The notes beneath the pieces were generated by a model that saw only the letters and a list, made by a program, of their open reading frames with translations, did no database searches and was not told the origin of the DNA. The position numbers were made by a program, and so were the translations under genes. Source: Thermoplasmatota archaeon (GTDB lineage: Archaea > Thermoplasmatota > E2 > JACPAO01 > JAHFTW01). From it: a DNA stretch of 64,000 bases. The stretch lies in NCBI GenBank assembly GCA_041601615.1, contig JBFIHX010000007.1, positions 87,805 to 151,804 of the forward strand. Direction: 5' to 3'. Positions 1 to 9,636 of the stretch are shown here, one piece after another (positions within the stretch are counted from its first letter, which is position 1; every line of letters begins with the position of its first letter).

Positions 1-278
1 GGGGCACGCTTCGCTTCAATCAGTTGCGCGAGGAGTTGACGAGCGTGCAGCAGAAGGGTGTCTTGGGCCGTGTGCGGGACATGGCTGGTGTCGGCAGTCG
101 TACTTTGAGCGAGCGCTTGAAGGACCTCGAATCAAGGGGCTTGGTGCACCGTGAGGTGATCGCGGAGGTGCCTGTGCGCGTGGAGTATTCCTTGACGACG
201 AAGGGCCGCCGCTTTGGCGACTTGATGATGCCGGTGATTGCGTTTTTGCGCCTGAACCAACTGGAAGACCGCGATTAA
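1..278 (+). CDS. HxlR-family winged-helix transcriptional regulator (5' partial; enters from upstream of the window)
   Basis: C-terminal 84 aa 'GRVRDMAGVGSRTLSERLKDLESRGLVHREV...VRVEYSLTTKGRRF' matches the HxlR/MarR-like wHTH recognition helix plus wing. The track ORF starts at TTG 24 but the reading frame is open back to the window edge. Confidence 0.6.
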   Translation, partial: GTLRFNQLREELTSVQQKGVLGRVRDMAGVGSRTLSERLKDLESRGLVHREVIAEVPVRVEYSLTTKGRRFGDLMMPVIAFLRLNQLEDRD

Positions 279-418
279 CCTAGCCCAGATCGACCATGCT
301 GATGGCCCCGGCGGCAGCGCGGCGTGGATCCATCGGGTGTTGCATTCCGGCTGCATCGCGTCGAGTTTACGGCTGTATCGAGGGTGCCTAAGTAGCGGGG
401 GCGTGCGACGAGGATTCG

Positions 419-1885
419 GTGCATCCTATGCATGGAGATTCCCGTTTGTTCGTTCGACGCCTGCTCGTAGCTGCTTTGGTGACGCTGCTGATTGCGCCCG
501 TGGCCCATGGGCAAATCGGTGGGTCGGCATCGGGTTCTGGTTCCGTTACGGGAACGGGTACAGGTGCCGGTGCGGGAGCGGGTGTGGATTCGTCCGTGGG
601 CGGCTCCGTGTCGGGCGCTGGTTCCGGCACTTCGTCTGCGTCGGTGGATGCGGCGGGCACCGTGTTGGGTTCCGTTGCGACCACGTCCCAGGGTCCACTG
701 GATTTTTCTGCCGAAGTAGCGGCAACTGTGGATCGGGAGTCTGCGTCACGGGCGAAGGCGGATGCGTGGGCGGCCATGGATCCAGCGGAGCGTCAGGTGG
801 CACGCGCTCGAGCGGTTGCGTCCGGCATTTCGGGCCAATTTGAGGTCGTGGGGGATGTGCGCCAGGGTGACTTTTCGTTTGTTCGTGTGGATGCGGCAGG
901 AGCGGCCCTAGAAGGTCCGACGGTGCTGCGGGCGAGTGGCGACGTGCGTTTCTTGGACCGCGTGGGCCTCGTGGCCGGCGGCGATGCGCGGGTGTATGAG
1001 ACGGGCCGGAGCGTTGTTTTGTGGGCCGACGGCGCGCGCGTCGAGGCGGAGGACACGGTGAAGGGTTCGATTGTGGTGCAGGCAGCCCAGCAGCCCGTGG
1101 ATGTGGAGATCGAATTGGCGGCGGGCACCGAGGCCGCGTGGGCGGCGGGCGGGTGGTTGCGGTTGCAGCGCGGCGACCATGCGGGAGCGCTTTCCATCTC
1201 AGGAGCCGGGTTGTTCAACACGAGTGTTTCTGGCCAAATCTCGGTGCACTTGGAACCATGGGCCCGGTTGGGATTCGAGGCGCAGCGGCCGGACTCGGGG
1301 GGCCAGGAATTCGAGTCCGAACAGGATGCGCGCCAGGCATCCATGGTGGGTGGCGAGGCAAGGATTGTCGCGGCGCAAGGCGCCATGGACGCCCAGTTAT
1401 TGTCCCTCAGCGTCAACTTGTCCTCGGTTCGCGAACAAGGCAGTGAGGTGGTTTTGGAAGTCGAAAGCAGCGATCCAAGACCCCGCGTCGTCGAGGTGAC
1501 ACTGGACGCGGCGCTGTTTGCCAATGCTACGGATGTGCGCATGTCGTTCGATGGAGTGCCAGCAGTGCGCGCGTCGTCGGTGGCCGAAGTGTACGCAGGT
1601 GATCACGCGAAGACCACCTACGCCCTCACGTCCTCGAATGGCAACCATCGTGTCGTGGTTTGGGTAGAGGGATTCAGTACGCACGCGCTTGGGTTCCAAG
1701 CTGAAAACGGCACAGCGGCGGGCCAAGACCAAGAGGACGCTTCGAGTTCGCCGGGTGGCCGGGATGGTGCGGCCGTGGGCGGCGCCGGAAACGATCCAGA
1801 GGGAGTGGATTCACCGGTGCTCCCCCTGCCGATTTTGTTGTTGGGCATCGTGGTGGCAGCAGCCATACTTTCCCGGCGCACATAG
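419..1885 (+). CDS. secreted Gly/Ser/Thr-rich surface protein with C-terminal TM anchor + RRT (archaeosortase-type tail candidate)
   Basis: ATG with signal peptide 'RRLLVAALVTLLIAPVAHG'. N-terminal low-complexity region (GSGSG/TGTGAGAG). C-terminus '...SPVLPLPILLLGIVVAAAILSRRT*' is a hydrophobic helix followed by basic residues. Confidence 0.55.
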   Translation: MHPMHGDSRLFVRRLLVAALVTLLIAPVAHGQIGGSASGSGSVTGTGTGAGAGAGVDSSVGGSVSGAGSGTSSASVDAAGTVLGSVATTSQGPLDFSAEVAATVDRESASRAKADAWAAMDPAERQVARARAVASGISGQFEVVGDVRQGDFSFVRVDAAGAALEGPTVLRASGDVRFLDRVGLVAGGDARVYETGRSVVLWADGARVEAEDTVKGSIVVQAAQQPVDVEIELAAGTEAAWAAGGWLRLQRGDHAGALSISGAGLFNTSVSGQISVHLEPWARLGFEAQRPDSGGQEFESEQDARQASMVGGEARIVAAQGAMDAQLLSLSVNLSSVREQGSEVVLEVESSDPRPRVVEVTLDAALFANATDVRMSFDGVPAVRASSVAEVYAGDHAKTTYALTSSNGNHRVVVWVEGFSTHALGFQAENGTAAGQDQEDASSSPGGRDGAAVGGAGNDPEGVDSPVLPLPILLLGIVVAAAILSRRT

Positions 1886-1950
1886 TAAGCCGTAGGAGGA
1901 GACGCCGGGAGCGAGGACCGAACAAGTCCTGCTCCCGGCTTTTCACTCGA

Positions 1951-2045
1951 AACTACAACGGATGTTCGAGAATGAACGCTTCCGCCTTCAGCCGAGCAGC
2001 GGCATCCCATCCTTCTGCAAACATCGGACGCTGGAGCATTGCGGT
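1951..2045 (-). pseudogene. duplicated 3'-terminal fragment of the downstream BNR-repeat gene (about 31 codons plus stop)
   Basis: Minus-strand translation gives '...AMLQRPMFAEGWDAAARLKAEAFILEHPL*'. The intact gene tail at 2130..2224 is 'ATLQRPMFAKGWDPAARINAEAFILAHPL*'. DNA identity is about 75% over roughly 80 bp, and the similarity fades upstream. Confidence 0.5.
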
Positions 2046-2129
2046 GCACCACCACAGGGGCTCCGCCCCTTGTGTATACCTCGGGCGCGGCATTCTCTCC
2101 CTTCGGTCGAGAAGCCAAGCAGGGCGAAA

Positions 2130-3830
2130 TTACAGCGGATGCGCCAGAATGAACGCCTCTGCATTGATTCGCGCTGCAGGATCCCAGCCCTTGGCAAACA
2201 TCGGGCGCTGAAGCGTCGCGGTGTAGACATCGGCGTGGCCGTCGCGCGTATCGGGCCAGACAGGGTGGGCGGCTTGCCAACTGCTGTCGATGTCGTTGTA
2301 GTCGCCGATGAAGATGTTGCCATTCTGGTGGAAGCTCAACGCCGGGTCCCAGCCGCCGTCGTCGCTGTCGCGAACGCTGAATGGCTTGGCCCAGGTCTTG
2401 CCGCCGTCAAGCGAGTAGGTGTAGTGCTGCTCGAAGGTGGGGTGGCCGTCCACGAGGCGCGTGTTTTGGGTGTCCATCCAGCTGACATCGATGACGCCGC
2501 CGGGGCTGACGCTCACGGCGGGGAAGATGCTCCAGTTTTCGACGGTGCCATTGGTGACGTCCGTGGCGCTGATGCGGATGGGGTGGGTGAAGGAGTCGCC
2601 TTTGTCGTGGCTGGCGCTGAAGTAGATGCTGTTGGCTCCTTGTTCGGCGCATTCGGTGCGAGCGCTCCAGTTCTTGTCACCGCAGGCGTCGTTCCAGACG
2701 AAGTACATGGAGTCTGCAAAGGGCGAGTCGGGGTTGCGGTCGGTCGCCATGGCGGGGAAGCCAGTGCGGCGGTCGCGGGGCGACAGGCCAGGCATGCTCT
2801 GCGGGTTGGTGTCGGGGCCTTCGATGATTTCGCCCCAGGTTTCGCCGTAGTCCATGCTGCGCTTGAGGCGGATGCCGCCACTGTGCCAGGCCGCGTACAC
2901 CTCGCCGCCGGTGCCGACGTCCAAGAAGCTGCCTTGTCCGCTTTCCAAAAATTGCAGGGCAACGATTTCGGTGCAGAGGTAGGTGGCGCCGCCGTCGGTG
3001 CTGCGGCAGTATTGGTTGCCGGGCACGAAGAATGCGAGCCACATGACGTGGATGGTGCCGTCGGAGCTCGCAGCAATCCAGCCTTTGTCATGGAAGTTGA
3101 CGGGGAAGGTGCCTTCGAGCACGGGCGTGAAGGTGTGGAAGGAGTCGCCTCCGTCGCTGCTGACGGCGACGATTTGCGTTGCGCGGTTGAAGGCCCAGTC
3201 GTTGAGGGCTCCTTGGGGGCATTCTTCTTCGCAGGTCTTGCTGCCGGTGACGCGGTCGGCTTGGTACGCCATCAGCAAGTAGTACAGTTCGCCGTTTACG
3301 TCGAAGTAGGCGACGGGGTCGGTGGTGCACCAAAACTGGCTGGCGTAGTTGGCTTGGAAGGAGTTGCGGTCGGCCAGGAGGCGCCATGGGCTGCCGTCGA
3401 AGCTGCGGTCGGCAAATGTGGTGCGCCCGCCATCGTGGCTGACGTAGACGCCGTCCCAGACACATTCACCGGCATCGGTTGGGTAGTAGTCCTTGGCGCC
3501 GCCGACGATGTTGCGCGGATCGGCAGGATTCACAGCGATGGTGACTTCGTTGCCGCTGCGGCCTTCGTCAGGCGTCATCTCGAAGTCACACCGGCGCTCC
3601 ATGGCCTGCTGGTACGTCGTGGCTTTGGCGGGGTGCTCGACCAGGAAATGGCACACGGGCACCGGGATGGGCAAGCCCGCGTCGTCCACGGCGGTGAACT
3701 GAACGCCGGGCCCGTGGTTGAGGCTCGCGGGGCCAGCGCCCACGTCATCGTTGGGGGCAGGCGAGTCGCTGATGCACCCTGCGAGGGCGGTGATCAAAAA
3801 GAGAGGAGCCAGGAAGGCCTGGATACGCAT
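2130..3830 (-). CDS. BNR/Asp-box repeat lipoprotein (sialidase-like beta-propeller; secreted glycoside hydrolase-like)
   Basis: Start refined to M97 of the track ORF: 'MRIQAFLAPLFLITALAGC' is a signal peptide with lipobox. There are at least 6 SxDxGxT[WF] Asp-box motifs (SHDGGRTTF, SSDGGDSF, STDGGATY, SMDYGETW, SHDKGDSF, SLDGGKTW). Confidence 0.7.
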   Translation of the reverse strand: MRIQAFLAPLFLITALAGCISDSPAPNDDVGAGPASLNHGPGVQFTAVDDAGLPIPVPVCHFLVEHPAKATTYQQAMERRCDFEMTPDEGRSGNEVTIAVNPADPRNIVGGAKDYYPTDAGECVWDGVYVSHDGGRTTFADRSFDGSPWRLLADRNSFQANYASQFWCTTDPVAYFDVNGELYYLLMAYQADRVTGSKTCEEECPQGALNDWAFNRATQIVAVSSDGGDSFHTFTPVLEGTFPVNFHDKGWIAASSDGTIHVMWLAFFVPGNQYCRSTDGGATYLCTEIVALQFLESGQGSFLDVGTGGEVYAAWHSGGIRLKRSMDYGETWGEIIEGPDTNPQSMPGLSPRDRRTGFPAMATDRNPDSPFADSMYFVWNDACGDKNWSARTECAEQGANSIYFSASHDKGDSFTHPIRISATDVTNGTVENWSIFPAVSVSPGGVIDVSWMDTQNTRLVDGHPTFEQHYTYSLDGGKTWAKPFSVRDSDDGGWDPALSFHQNGNIFIGDYNDIDSSWQAAHPVWPDTRDGHADVYTATLQRPMFAKGWDPAARINAEAFILAHPL

Positions 3831-3885
3831 TGGGCGCGCGAGGCAAGCCACCACGCTTGGGCTTTGCGGCAGCGACCTCGGCCTG

Positions 3886-4527
3886 TTAGAGTGTCGTTTG
3901 ACGAGGTGCCAGCAAGCGCCGCACCGTTTCCCAACTGCGCCGGGCGCCCTCTGGAACGTCGCCGTGCGCTTGGACCCATGCTGCAAGAAACGCCTTGGTT
4001 TTCGGGTCGCTTGGGTATCCGGAGCCCATTTCCATCGGCAACACGCGCTCAAGACGCCTGGCAAGATCTGCAACCCGTCGGTCCCTGGTGACTTTGGCAA
4101 CGATGCTTGCGGCCGCAACCTCCACGTGCTCCTCGTCGGCGCGGTGTTGGCTGTGCACGTCGACGCCTTCGAGACCTTCCATCATGCGGCGGCCGAAGCG
4201 GGCGGCATCCACGTCAGCTGCATCCACCACGACGCGAGCCACTCCTAGTTCGGCCGCGATTTCACGAAATCGAACGAGTTCAATGTGGTTGAGGGTGTTC
4301 GTGGCGCGCTCTGCATCCAGTACATCGGCTTCGATGACCCGCACCACGACGCGCACATCTGGGTCGGCTTCGAGCAAGCGAGCGATGCGTTCGCGCTTGG
4401 CGGCGGTCAATTTCTTGGAGTCTTTGCAACCAAGTTGGTGCAGCTTGGCGGCGTCCCCCGCGACTCCTGCCACGACCAAAGGCCCCAGGACTGGTCCCCG
4501 TCCGGCCTCATCGATCCCACCCTGCAC
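3886..4527 (-). CDS. rnhB: ribonuclease HII
   Basis: N-terminus 'GIDEAGRGPVLGPLVVAGV' is the RNase HII catalytic DEAGRG motif. At 213 aa it has the typical archaeal RNase HII length. Confidence 0.9.
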   Translation of the reverse strand: MQGGIDEAGRGPVLGPLVVAGVAGDAAKLHQLGCKDSKKLTAAKRERIARLLEADPDVRVVVRVIEADVLDAERATNTLNHIELVRFREIAAELGVARVVVDAADVDAARFGRRMMEGLEGVDVHSQHRADEEHVEVAAASIVAKVTRDRRVADLARRLERVLPMEMGSGYPSDPKTKAFLAAWVQAHGDVPEGARRSWETVRRLLAPRQTTL

Positions 4528-4644
4528 AAACCATCCAGGTGGCCTCGGTCAGATAAAGCCGCCCGGGTTGCTGGCAATCCTTTAGCACCGCAAGGCCAAG
4601 GTTGTGCCGGGAACCGACCTCGCCAAGCACCCACTTGGAACACC

Positions 4645-4673
4645 GACCACCACCACCACCACCACCACCACCT
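4645..4673. repeat. (CCA)9 trinucleotide microsatellite in the divergent intergenic region between rnhB and the surface-protein gene
   Basis: The sequence 'caccaccaccaccaccaccaccaccacc' is seen directly. It reads as His8 in one frame, but no start or signal supports a coding role. Confidence 0.8.
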
Positions 4674-4821
4674 TGGGCCTCGCCGGACGCGCCTGCCGGC
4701 GGGGCCCTTCAGGCACGTTTGGAACGGCTTGTTCTCCTGTTGCAGCTCTCATTGGTTGGTTGTTCGGCGCGGACCCAACCACCGTGTGGCTTTTATTGCC
4801 TGGCGCAGAGCATGGGGACAT

Positions 4822-6837
4822 ATGACCCGAACCGGTCCCTGGACTCTCGTCCTGTTGTTCGTATTCGCCTCGACTGCCGTGATGGTCGATACTGCGCAGG
4901 CCCAATTGGAGCAAACGGGCTCCGTGGAAGGCATGACCTGCATCGATGGCTCGGATGGCTGCTGGAACGCCATCCCCAACGCCACCATTACTCTGGAGCG
5001 CACCGACGGTGTCGTACCTGCCTCCTACAAGACCACCAGCAACAGCGACGGCTGGTTTGGATTCAAGGAAGTCCCCGCGGGCACATACAAGGCAAGCGCA
5101 AGCCACACGGGCTTCTCTGTTGCATCCAGCTCCGTGCTCGTTAAGGCCGAAAACGCAAGCCGCATCGAGCTTCGCCTCGAACCCCAAAGCGTCACCCCCT
5201 CCGTAACTGTGGCAAACGAATCCGGCAGCGGCATCGACGCGACCGTCCGCTGGTGGTCCGACCGCACCTCAGGCTCCAGCAAAATCAGCGCCGGCAAAGG
5301 CAGCCTCTCCACCACGAGCGGCTACCACTCCTTCGAAATCAGCGCCCCCGGCTACGCCCAGACCAACAAGTGGTTCCTCGTAGACGGCACCGCAATCAGC
5401 TTCACCCTCGCCAAGGTGCCCCCGCAAACAGCCACCATCACCGGCGTCATCAAGGACCAAGACGGCACGCCTGTCTCTGGCGCCATTGTGGAAGTCTACC
5501 AATACGGCGGCTACGACTACGACTACGACTATGAGTACGAGGAAGCACCCCCTGAATCGTCCTCCTCCAGCCCAAGCCCAATTCGTGAACCCTACTACCC
5601 GCAATACGGCGGCAACAACCAAACCCGAACCGCCGCCGACGGCTCGTACCGCATCCACGTCTGGGCCGGTGAAGTCAATCTCAACATCCACAAGGCAGGC
5701 CACGCCCAACGCCACGACAACGTCGCGGTCAAAGACGGCCAGACCCTGAACCTCGACGTGAAACTGCTGAAGTTCCCCGAGAAAACCGCCCACATCGAAG
5801 GCCGCATCATCGGCAGCGACGGCAAGGCTCTGCGCTACGTCTCCCTGAACCTCTGGAGCCCTGCCTACGGCATTCGCGAATGCAGCATCCAAGCGGAAGA
5901 CGCCCAAAGCAAGCAAAGCGGAACCGGCAACAGTAGTAGCAGCGGCGGCAGCGGAAGCACCGGCAGCAGCACCGAACCGGCCATCGCCTACCCCGAACCA
6001 TACCCCTACTACGACCCCGGCTGCGTCATCACCATGTACGCCGACGGCACCTTCAATGGCGATGTGACCCCCGGCTACACCATCCTCGAAGCCTGGCACG
6101 ACCACTGGCGCACCTGCAACGAAACCAGCAGCAGCGACGGCAGCTTGAGCCGCACCTGCGGCCCCGAGTACCTCGGATACTCCCGCACACTCGACCTGCA
6201 AGCAGACCAAACCACCAAGATCGTCGTGCAGCTGGTTGCCCGCCCCGCCCCCGACGCCCGCGTCAGTGGCTACGTCGTCGACAAGGACACCAAGACGGCC
6301 ATCCCCGGCGTCCAAGTGCAATTCAGCAACGAAGAAAACTACGGCTGGGGCAACGCCGGCACCGACAAGGACGGCAGCTACAACGTCAAACTGCGCAACG
6401 GCTACCACCGAGTCCACGTCTGGGCCGAAGGCTACCTCCCCTGGCAAGGCACCCTGTTTGTCCCCGCCAAAGGCAACATCGACCTCGACATCGTGCTAAC
6501 CCCCGGCCAAGAAACCTACGGATACTGCTGCTACGCCTACGACGACATGGCCTACGCCGAATCCAGCGACGGATCCGTCAAAGCCTCCTCCTCGCCCCGG
6601 CCCGCAACGGCCCCGCCCATGGAGTCCAGCGCCGAAACATCTGAGTCCCGCAACACCAACAGCGGCGGCTCCGACGGCGAGACCGTGCAGGACCTCGGCG
6701 GCGGCCTCGGCCCCTACGACGCCAAGAAACGCGCAGCCCTGCAAGAGTCCAGCGACAACGGCGCTCCCGGCGCCGGCATCGCCCTGCTTGCCATGGCGCT
6801 GCTTGGTGCCCTGCTCATCGCCAGGCGACAACAGTAA
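4822..6837 (+). CDS. secreted surface protein with tandem carboxypeptidase-regulatory-like (CarbopepD_reg/transthyretin-like) domains and a PGF-CTERM-like tail
   Basis: Start refined to ATG 4822: 'MTRTGPWTLVLLFVFASTAVMVDTAQA'. Repeated 'xIxGxVxDxxGxPIxGAxV' beta-sandwich units occur throughout. C-terminus '...GAPGAGIALLAMALLGALLIARRQQ*'. The upstream part of the track ORF (4285..4821) has no signal peptide and is read as spurious. Confidence 0.7.
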   Translation: MTRTGPWTLVLLFVFASTAVMVDTAQAQLEQTGSVEGMTCIDGSDGCWNAIPNATITLERTDGVVPASYKTTSNSDGWFGFKEVPAGTYKASASHTGFSVASSSVLVKAENASRIELRLEPQSVTPSVTVANESGSGIDATVRWWSDRTSGSSKISAGKGSLSTTSGYHSFEISAPGYAQTNKWFLVDGTAISFTLAKVPPQTATITGVIKDQDGTPVSGAIVEVYQYGGYDYDYDYEYEEAPPESSSSSPSPIREPYYPQYGGNNQTRTAADGSYRIHVWAGEVNLNIHKAGHAQRHDNVAVKDGQTLNLDVKLLKFPEKTAHIEGRIIGSDGKALRYVSLNLWSPAYGIRECSIQAEDAQSKQSGTGNSSSSGGSGSTGSSTEPAIAYPEPYPYYDPGCVITMYADGTFNGDVTPGYTILEAWHDHWRTCNETSSSDGSLSRTCGPEYLGYSRTLDLQADQTTKIVVQLVARPAPDARVSGYVVDKDTKTAIPGVQVQFSNEENYGWGNAGTDKDGSYNVKLRNGYHRVHVWAEGYLPWQGTLFVPAKGNIDLDIVLTPGQETYGYCCYAYDDMAYAESSDGSVKASSSPRPATAPPMESSAETSESRNTNSGGSDGETVQDLGGGLGPYDAKKRAALQESSDNGAPGAGIALLAMALLGALLIARRQQ

Positions 6838-6863
6838 GACCCCCCTTCTCCCATCTTATTCCC

Positions 6864-7340
6864 ATGGAGCTTTGGTTGCTTCGCCATGCCCACGCTCCAT
6901 GGACCTCCTCCATTCCCGACGCCGAGCGCCCCCTTGACGCACTAGGCATGCAACAAGCAGACGAAACGGGAGCCTGGATGCGCCAACAACGCCTCCGCCC
7001 CGACCACATCCTCGTCAGTCCCGCCGTGCGCACGCGCCAAACAGCCGAGAGGGTTCTCGGCGCCCAGGCACAAAGATGCGTTGTCGATCCTCGACTCTAC
7101 GAAGCACGACTCGACGACCTGCTTCGCGCCCTACAAGACATCCCCGCTGACGCCCAGCGCGTCCTCCTCGTCGGCCACAACCCCGGCATGGAGCAACTGG
7201 TGCGATACCTTGCGCCTCGTTCCTCCACCGATGAACCGGAACTGGACGTCCAACCCTGCACCCTGGTCCGGCTCCGCATCCACGGATTCACCAACAACGG
7301 TGGCAAAATCTTAGAGATCCATCGAACCGGAACCCCGTGA
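6864..7340 (+). CDS. sixA: phosphohistidine phosphatase SixA-like (histidine phosphatase superfamily)
   Basis: 'LWLLRHAHA' is the RHG catalytic motif at the N-terminus. '...LLVGHNPGMEQLV' gives the second His. At about 158 aa it has SixA size. Confidence 0.7.
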   Translation: MELWLLRHAHAPWTSSIPDAERPLDALGMQQADETGAWMRQQRLRPDHILVSPAVRTRQTAERVLGAQAQRCVVDPRLYEARLDDLLRALQDIPADAQRVLLVGHNPGMEQLVRYLAPRSSTDEPELDVQPCTLVRLRIHGFTNNGGKILEIHRTGTP

Positions 7341-8189
7341 CTCCGCCTCTCGAAGCGACGAAGCCACGCTGGCCAACGCACGAAGACCCGGCACCGTACG
7401 CGTTCCAAACCAAGTAAGCGCCTCACCGTCGATCACAAGCTTTCGCTCCTGCACCCCGGCCCGCCCGAGCCCCGCCGTATCGATTTGCTCCAATTTCTTG
7501 TCAAATGGATACGGCTCCGTAGGCAACAAAGTCCAAGCCGCACCCGACGCCGCGACCTCGGCCGCATCGACTTGGAAATACTTGGGTCCCTGATGGCGCC
7601 CAAATACATTGGCAAGCCCCACCGCCGCCAGCATCGCATGCGGATACGCCGAGCGGTCAAACGTCATCCAAGGATCATACCAAATCGGACAAAACACCGG
7701 CACCGCCAACTGATTGCGCGTCGGCCGCACCGCCTCCAGAGTCTCGCGAATCAACATGGCCGCCGCCAAGCCCGCATCCGGAACCCCACACCGAATCCCA
7801 AGCTCATCCAAAAACGTTGCAGCATCCTCCACCGAATCAATTTCTGAGTGCAAAACCTCCACGCCCGCCGCCCGCAGCGCCTCCACGAGCGCCAACGGAT
7901 TCTCATCCTTGTCCACCACCACAAGATCAGGTTCAAGCGCCAAAATTTTCTCCAACTTGGCATCCTTCGTGCCGCCCACAACAGGAATGGAATCGACCCA
8001 AGGAGCCGGCGCGATGCAAAACCGAGTCCGGCCCACGACGCGGTTGGCCAAACCCAAATCATGCAAGCTCTCCGTGTGGCTCGGAACCAGGGACACAATA
8101 CGCTGCGGGGGCTGCACAAGGGCGCGGAGGCGCACGGGATGGAAACGGTTGCGTCCGGCAAACGACCACACCCAACCCACCAATTTCAT
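7311..8189 (-). CDS. ABC-transporter substrate-binding protein (TroA/BtuF/FecB-like cluster A metal/siderophore/cobalamin-binding)
   Basis: 'RIVSLVPSHTESLHDLGL...VVG' and 'LEPDLVVV' are typical of the periplasmic-binding-protein type 2 fold. Confidence 0.6.
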   Translation of the reverse strand: MKLVGWVWSFAGRNRFHPVRLRALVQPPQRIVSLVPSHTESLHDLGLANRVVGRTRFCIAPAPWVDSIPVVGGTKDAKLEKILALEPDLVVVDKDENPLALVEALRAAGVEVLHSEIDSVEDAATFLDELGIRCGVPDAGLAAAMLIRETLEAVRPTRNQLAVPVFCPIWYDPWMTFDRSAYPHAMLAAVGLANVFGRHQGPKYFQVDAAEVAASGAAWTLLPTEPYPFDKKLEQIDTAGLGRAGVQERKLVIDGEALTWFGTRTVPGLRALASVASSLREAESRGSGSMDL

Positions 8190-8282
8190 TCATCGACCCT
8201 GACCACAACCGTATTCACCCGCCGCCAAGTGGATTCCTTCGTGGATGGGCCCGGCGCCGACGCGGCACCCTCAAAACCCAGC

Positions 8283-9557
8283 ATGGGCAAGCGCATCGTC
8301 GAGCTCGTGCTCGGCAAACCCAAAACGGAACGCAAACCGCGCCCGCACCCCTTTGCCCACGAATCAACAAGCGACGCCGAAAGCCACTACACGGCCAAAC
8401 AAGTGCTCGCATTCTGGGGCGGCATCGCCACCCTCATCGCCGTCAGCAGCCTGCTTCTGGCCGACCGCTTCAGCCCCCACTCAGCCGGCTGGTTCGGCGG
8501 CCACGGCGCAAGCGGCCCAAGCTTAGCCTGGGAATCCTGGACCCTCGTCCCCCTCTTTGCAGGACTCACACTCCTCGGCTTCGGCTTCGTCCACCAACCC
8601 TGGGCCAAACGCCTCACCCTCGTCGGCTGGGTGCTGTTTGGAACCTACTGGGGCCTCACCGCCACCGACCTCTTTGTCAAAGAAGACAGCGACTACGTCA
8701 ACTTCGTCTTCGCCGTCGTCGGCGTCTACTTCTTCACCTACCTCGCCTACCACCAATGGCTGGACCTCGCCCGCAAAAGCGACACCCACGCCCTGCACTT
8801 TCTCAACGTCACCGCATTCATCGCCGCAGGCACCTACTTTCTAATTGCCAAAATCACCTTCCTCCGCGTCTGGCTCATCCACATCGTCGGAAACCACACA
8901 AAATGGATGCTCGACCTCTTTGGCCAAGGCAGCAAACAAAACATCCAATTCATCGTAGACAAGACCGACAGCCAAGGCCCTGTGACCTTCTTCTATCCGC
9001 AATACTACTGCGACTGGCAATACCGAGGCGACGCCGTGGGCCGATACTGCCTCGAAAACGGCCGCCTCTCCGAAAGCACCGTCGTAGCCAACTCCGGCTT
9101 CCTCGGCAACCTATGGACCTGGACCCCCGAAGTCGGCATCGAATATGTCGTACCCGTCAGCATCATCCTCGCCTGCACCGCCATCCAAAGCATCATGCTC
9201 TTCGTCGGCCTCTTTGCCGGCACCAAAGCGAACTTCCAACGCAAACTCAAGGCGAGCCTCATCGTCGGCGCCATCATCTACGTCCTCAACCTCGTGCGCA
9301 ACACCGGCATCATCTGGTTCTACGGCCAAGGCCACGCCAGTTTCTGGATGATGCACAACGCCATCGGCAAAGGCGGCAGTCTGCTGGCCATGGTCGGCAT
9401 CGCCTTCGCCGTCTTCAAGTGGTTCCCGGAGTTTTTCCACAGCCTCGTCTCCGTGCTCGACCTGCCCGACCGCGACGGCCCCATCGAACGCGCCCTCAAA
9501 GTCGGCCGGCGCCGACCAGAAGCCGCAGCACCCGTCAAGTTTGCCGGCGAAGACTAG
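8283..9557 (+). CDS. artA: archaeosortase A-like polytopic membrane protein (exosortase/archaeosortase family candidate)
   Basis: Start refined to ATG 8283 (MGKRIVEL...). It has 8 or more TM helices and a TM Cys in 'SIILACTAIQS' (Cys298). An 'NLVR' Arg follows 41 residues later (Arg339); for comparison H. volcanii ArtA has Cys173/Arg214, recalled from memory. It lies immediately upstream of psd-pssA, the neighbourhood conserved for ArtA. One hydrophilic loop is unusually long. Confidence 0.5.
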   Translation: MGKRIVELVLGKPKTERKPRPHPFAHESTSDAESHYTAKQVLAFWGGIATLIAVSSLLLADRFSPHSAGWFGGHGASGPSLAWESWTLVPLFAGLTLLGFGFVHQPWAKRLTLVGWVLFGTYWGLTATDLFVKEDSDYVNFVFAVVGVYFFTYLAYHQWLDLARKSDTHALHFLNVTAFIAAGTYFLIAKITFLRVWLIHIVGNHTKWMLDLFGQGSKQNIQFIVDKTDSQGPVTFFYPQYYCDWQYRGDAVGRYCLENGRLSESTVVANSGFLGNLWTWTPEVGIEYVVPVSIILACTAIQSIMLFVGLFAGTKANFQRKLKASLIVGAIIYVLNLVRNTGIIWFYGQGHASFWMMHNAIGKGGSLLAMVGIAFAVFKWFPEFFHSLVSVLDLPDRDGPIERALKVGRRRPEAAAPVKFAGED

Positions 9558-9636
9558 ACGCGCCGCCCAGCGGCACGCGACACCACGCAACGCCTCGCGC
9601 CAGCACCCTTAGAAGACGCCCCGAAGTCGCCGCCCT

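Noticed and set aside
1962-4091. 709-aa plus-strand ORF (and the 2513..3091 and 2677..3042 minus ORFs) overlapping the BNR-repeat gene
   Set aside because: It is antisense or alternate-frame to a gene with strong Asp-box periodicity. The product is low-complexity and Ala/Gly/Val-rich with no motif, a typical high-GC antisense artefact.
5269-6447. 392-aa minus-strand ORF antisense to the CarbopepD-repeat surface protein
   Set aside because: Ala/Gly/Val-rich antisense artefact. The sense frame has a signal peptide, repeats and a sorting tail.
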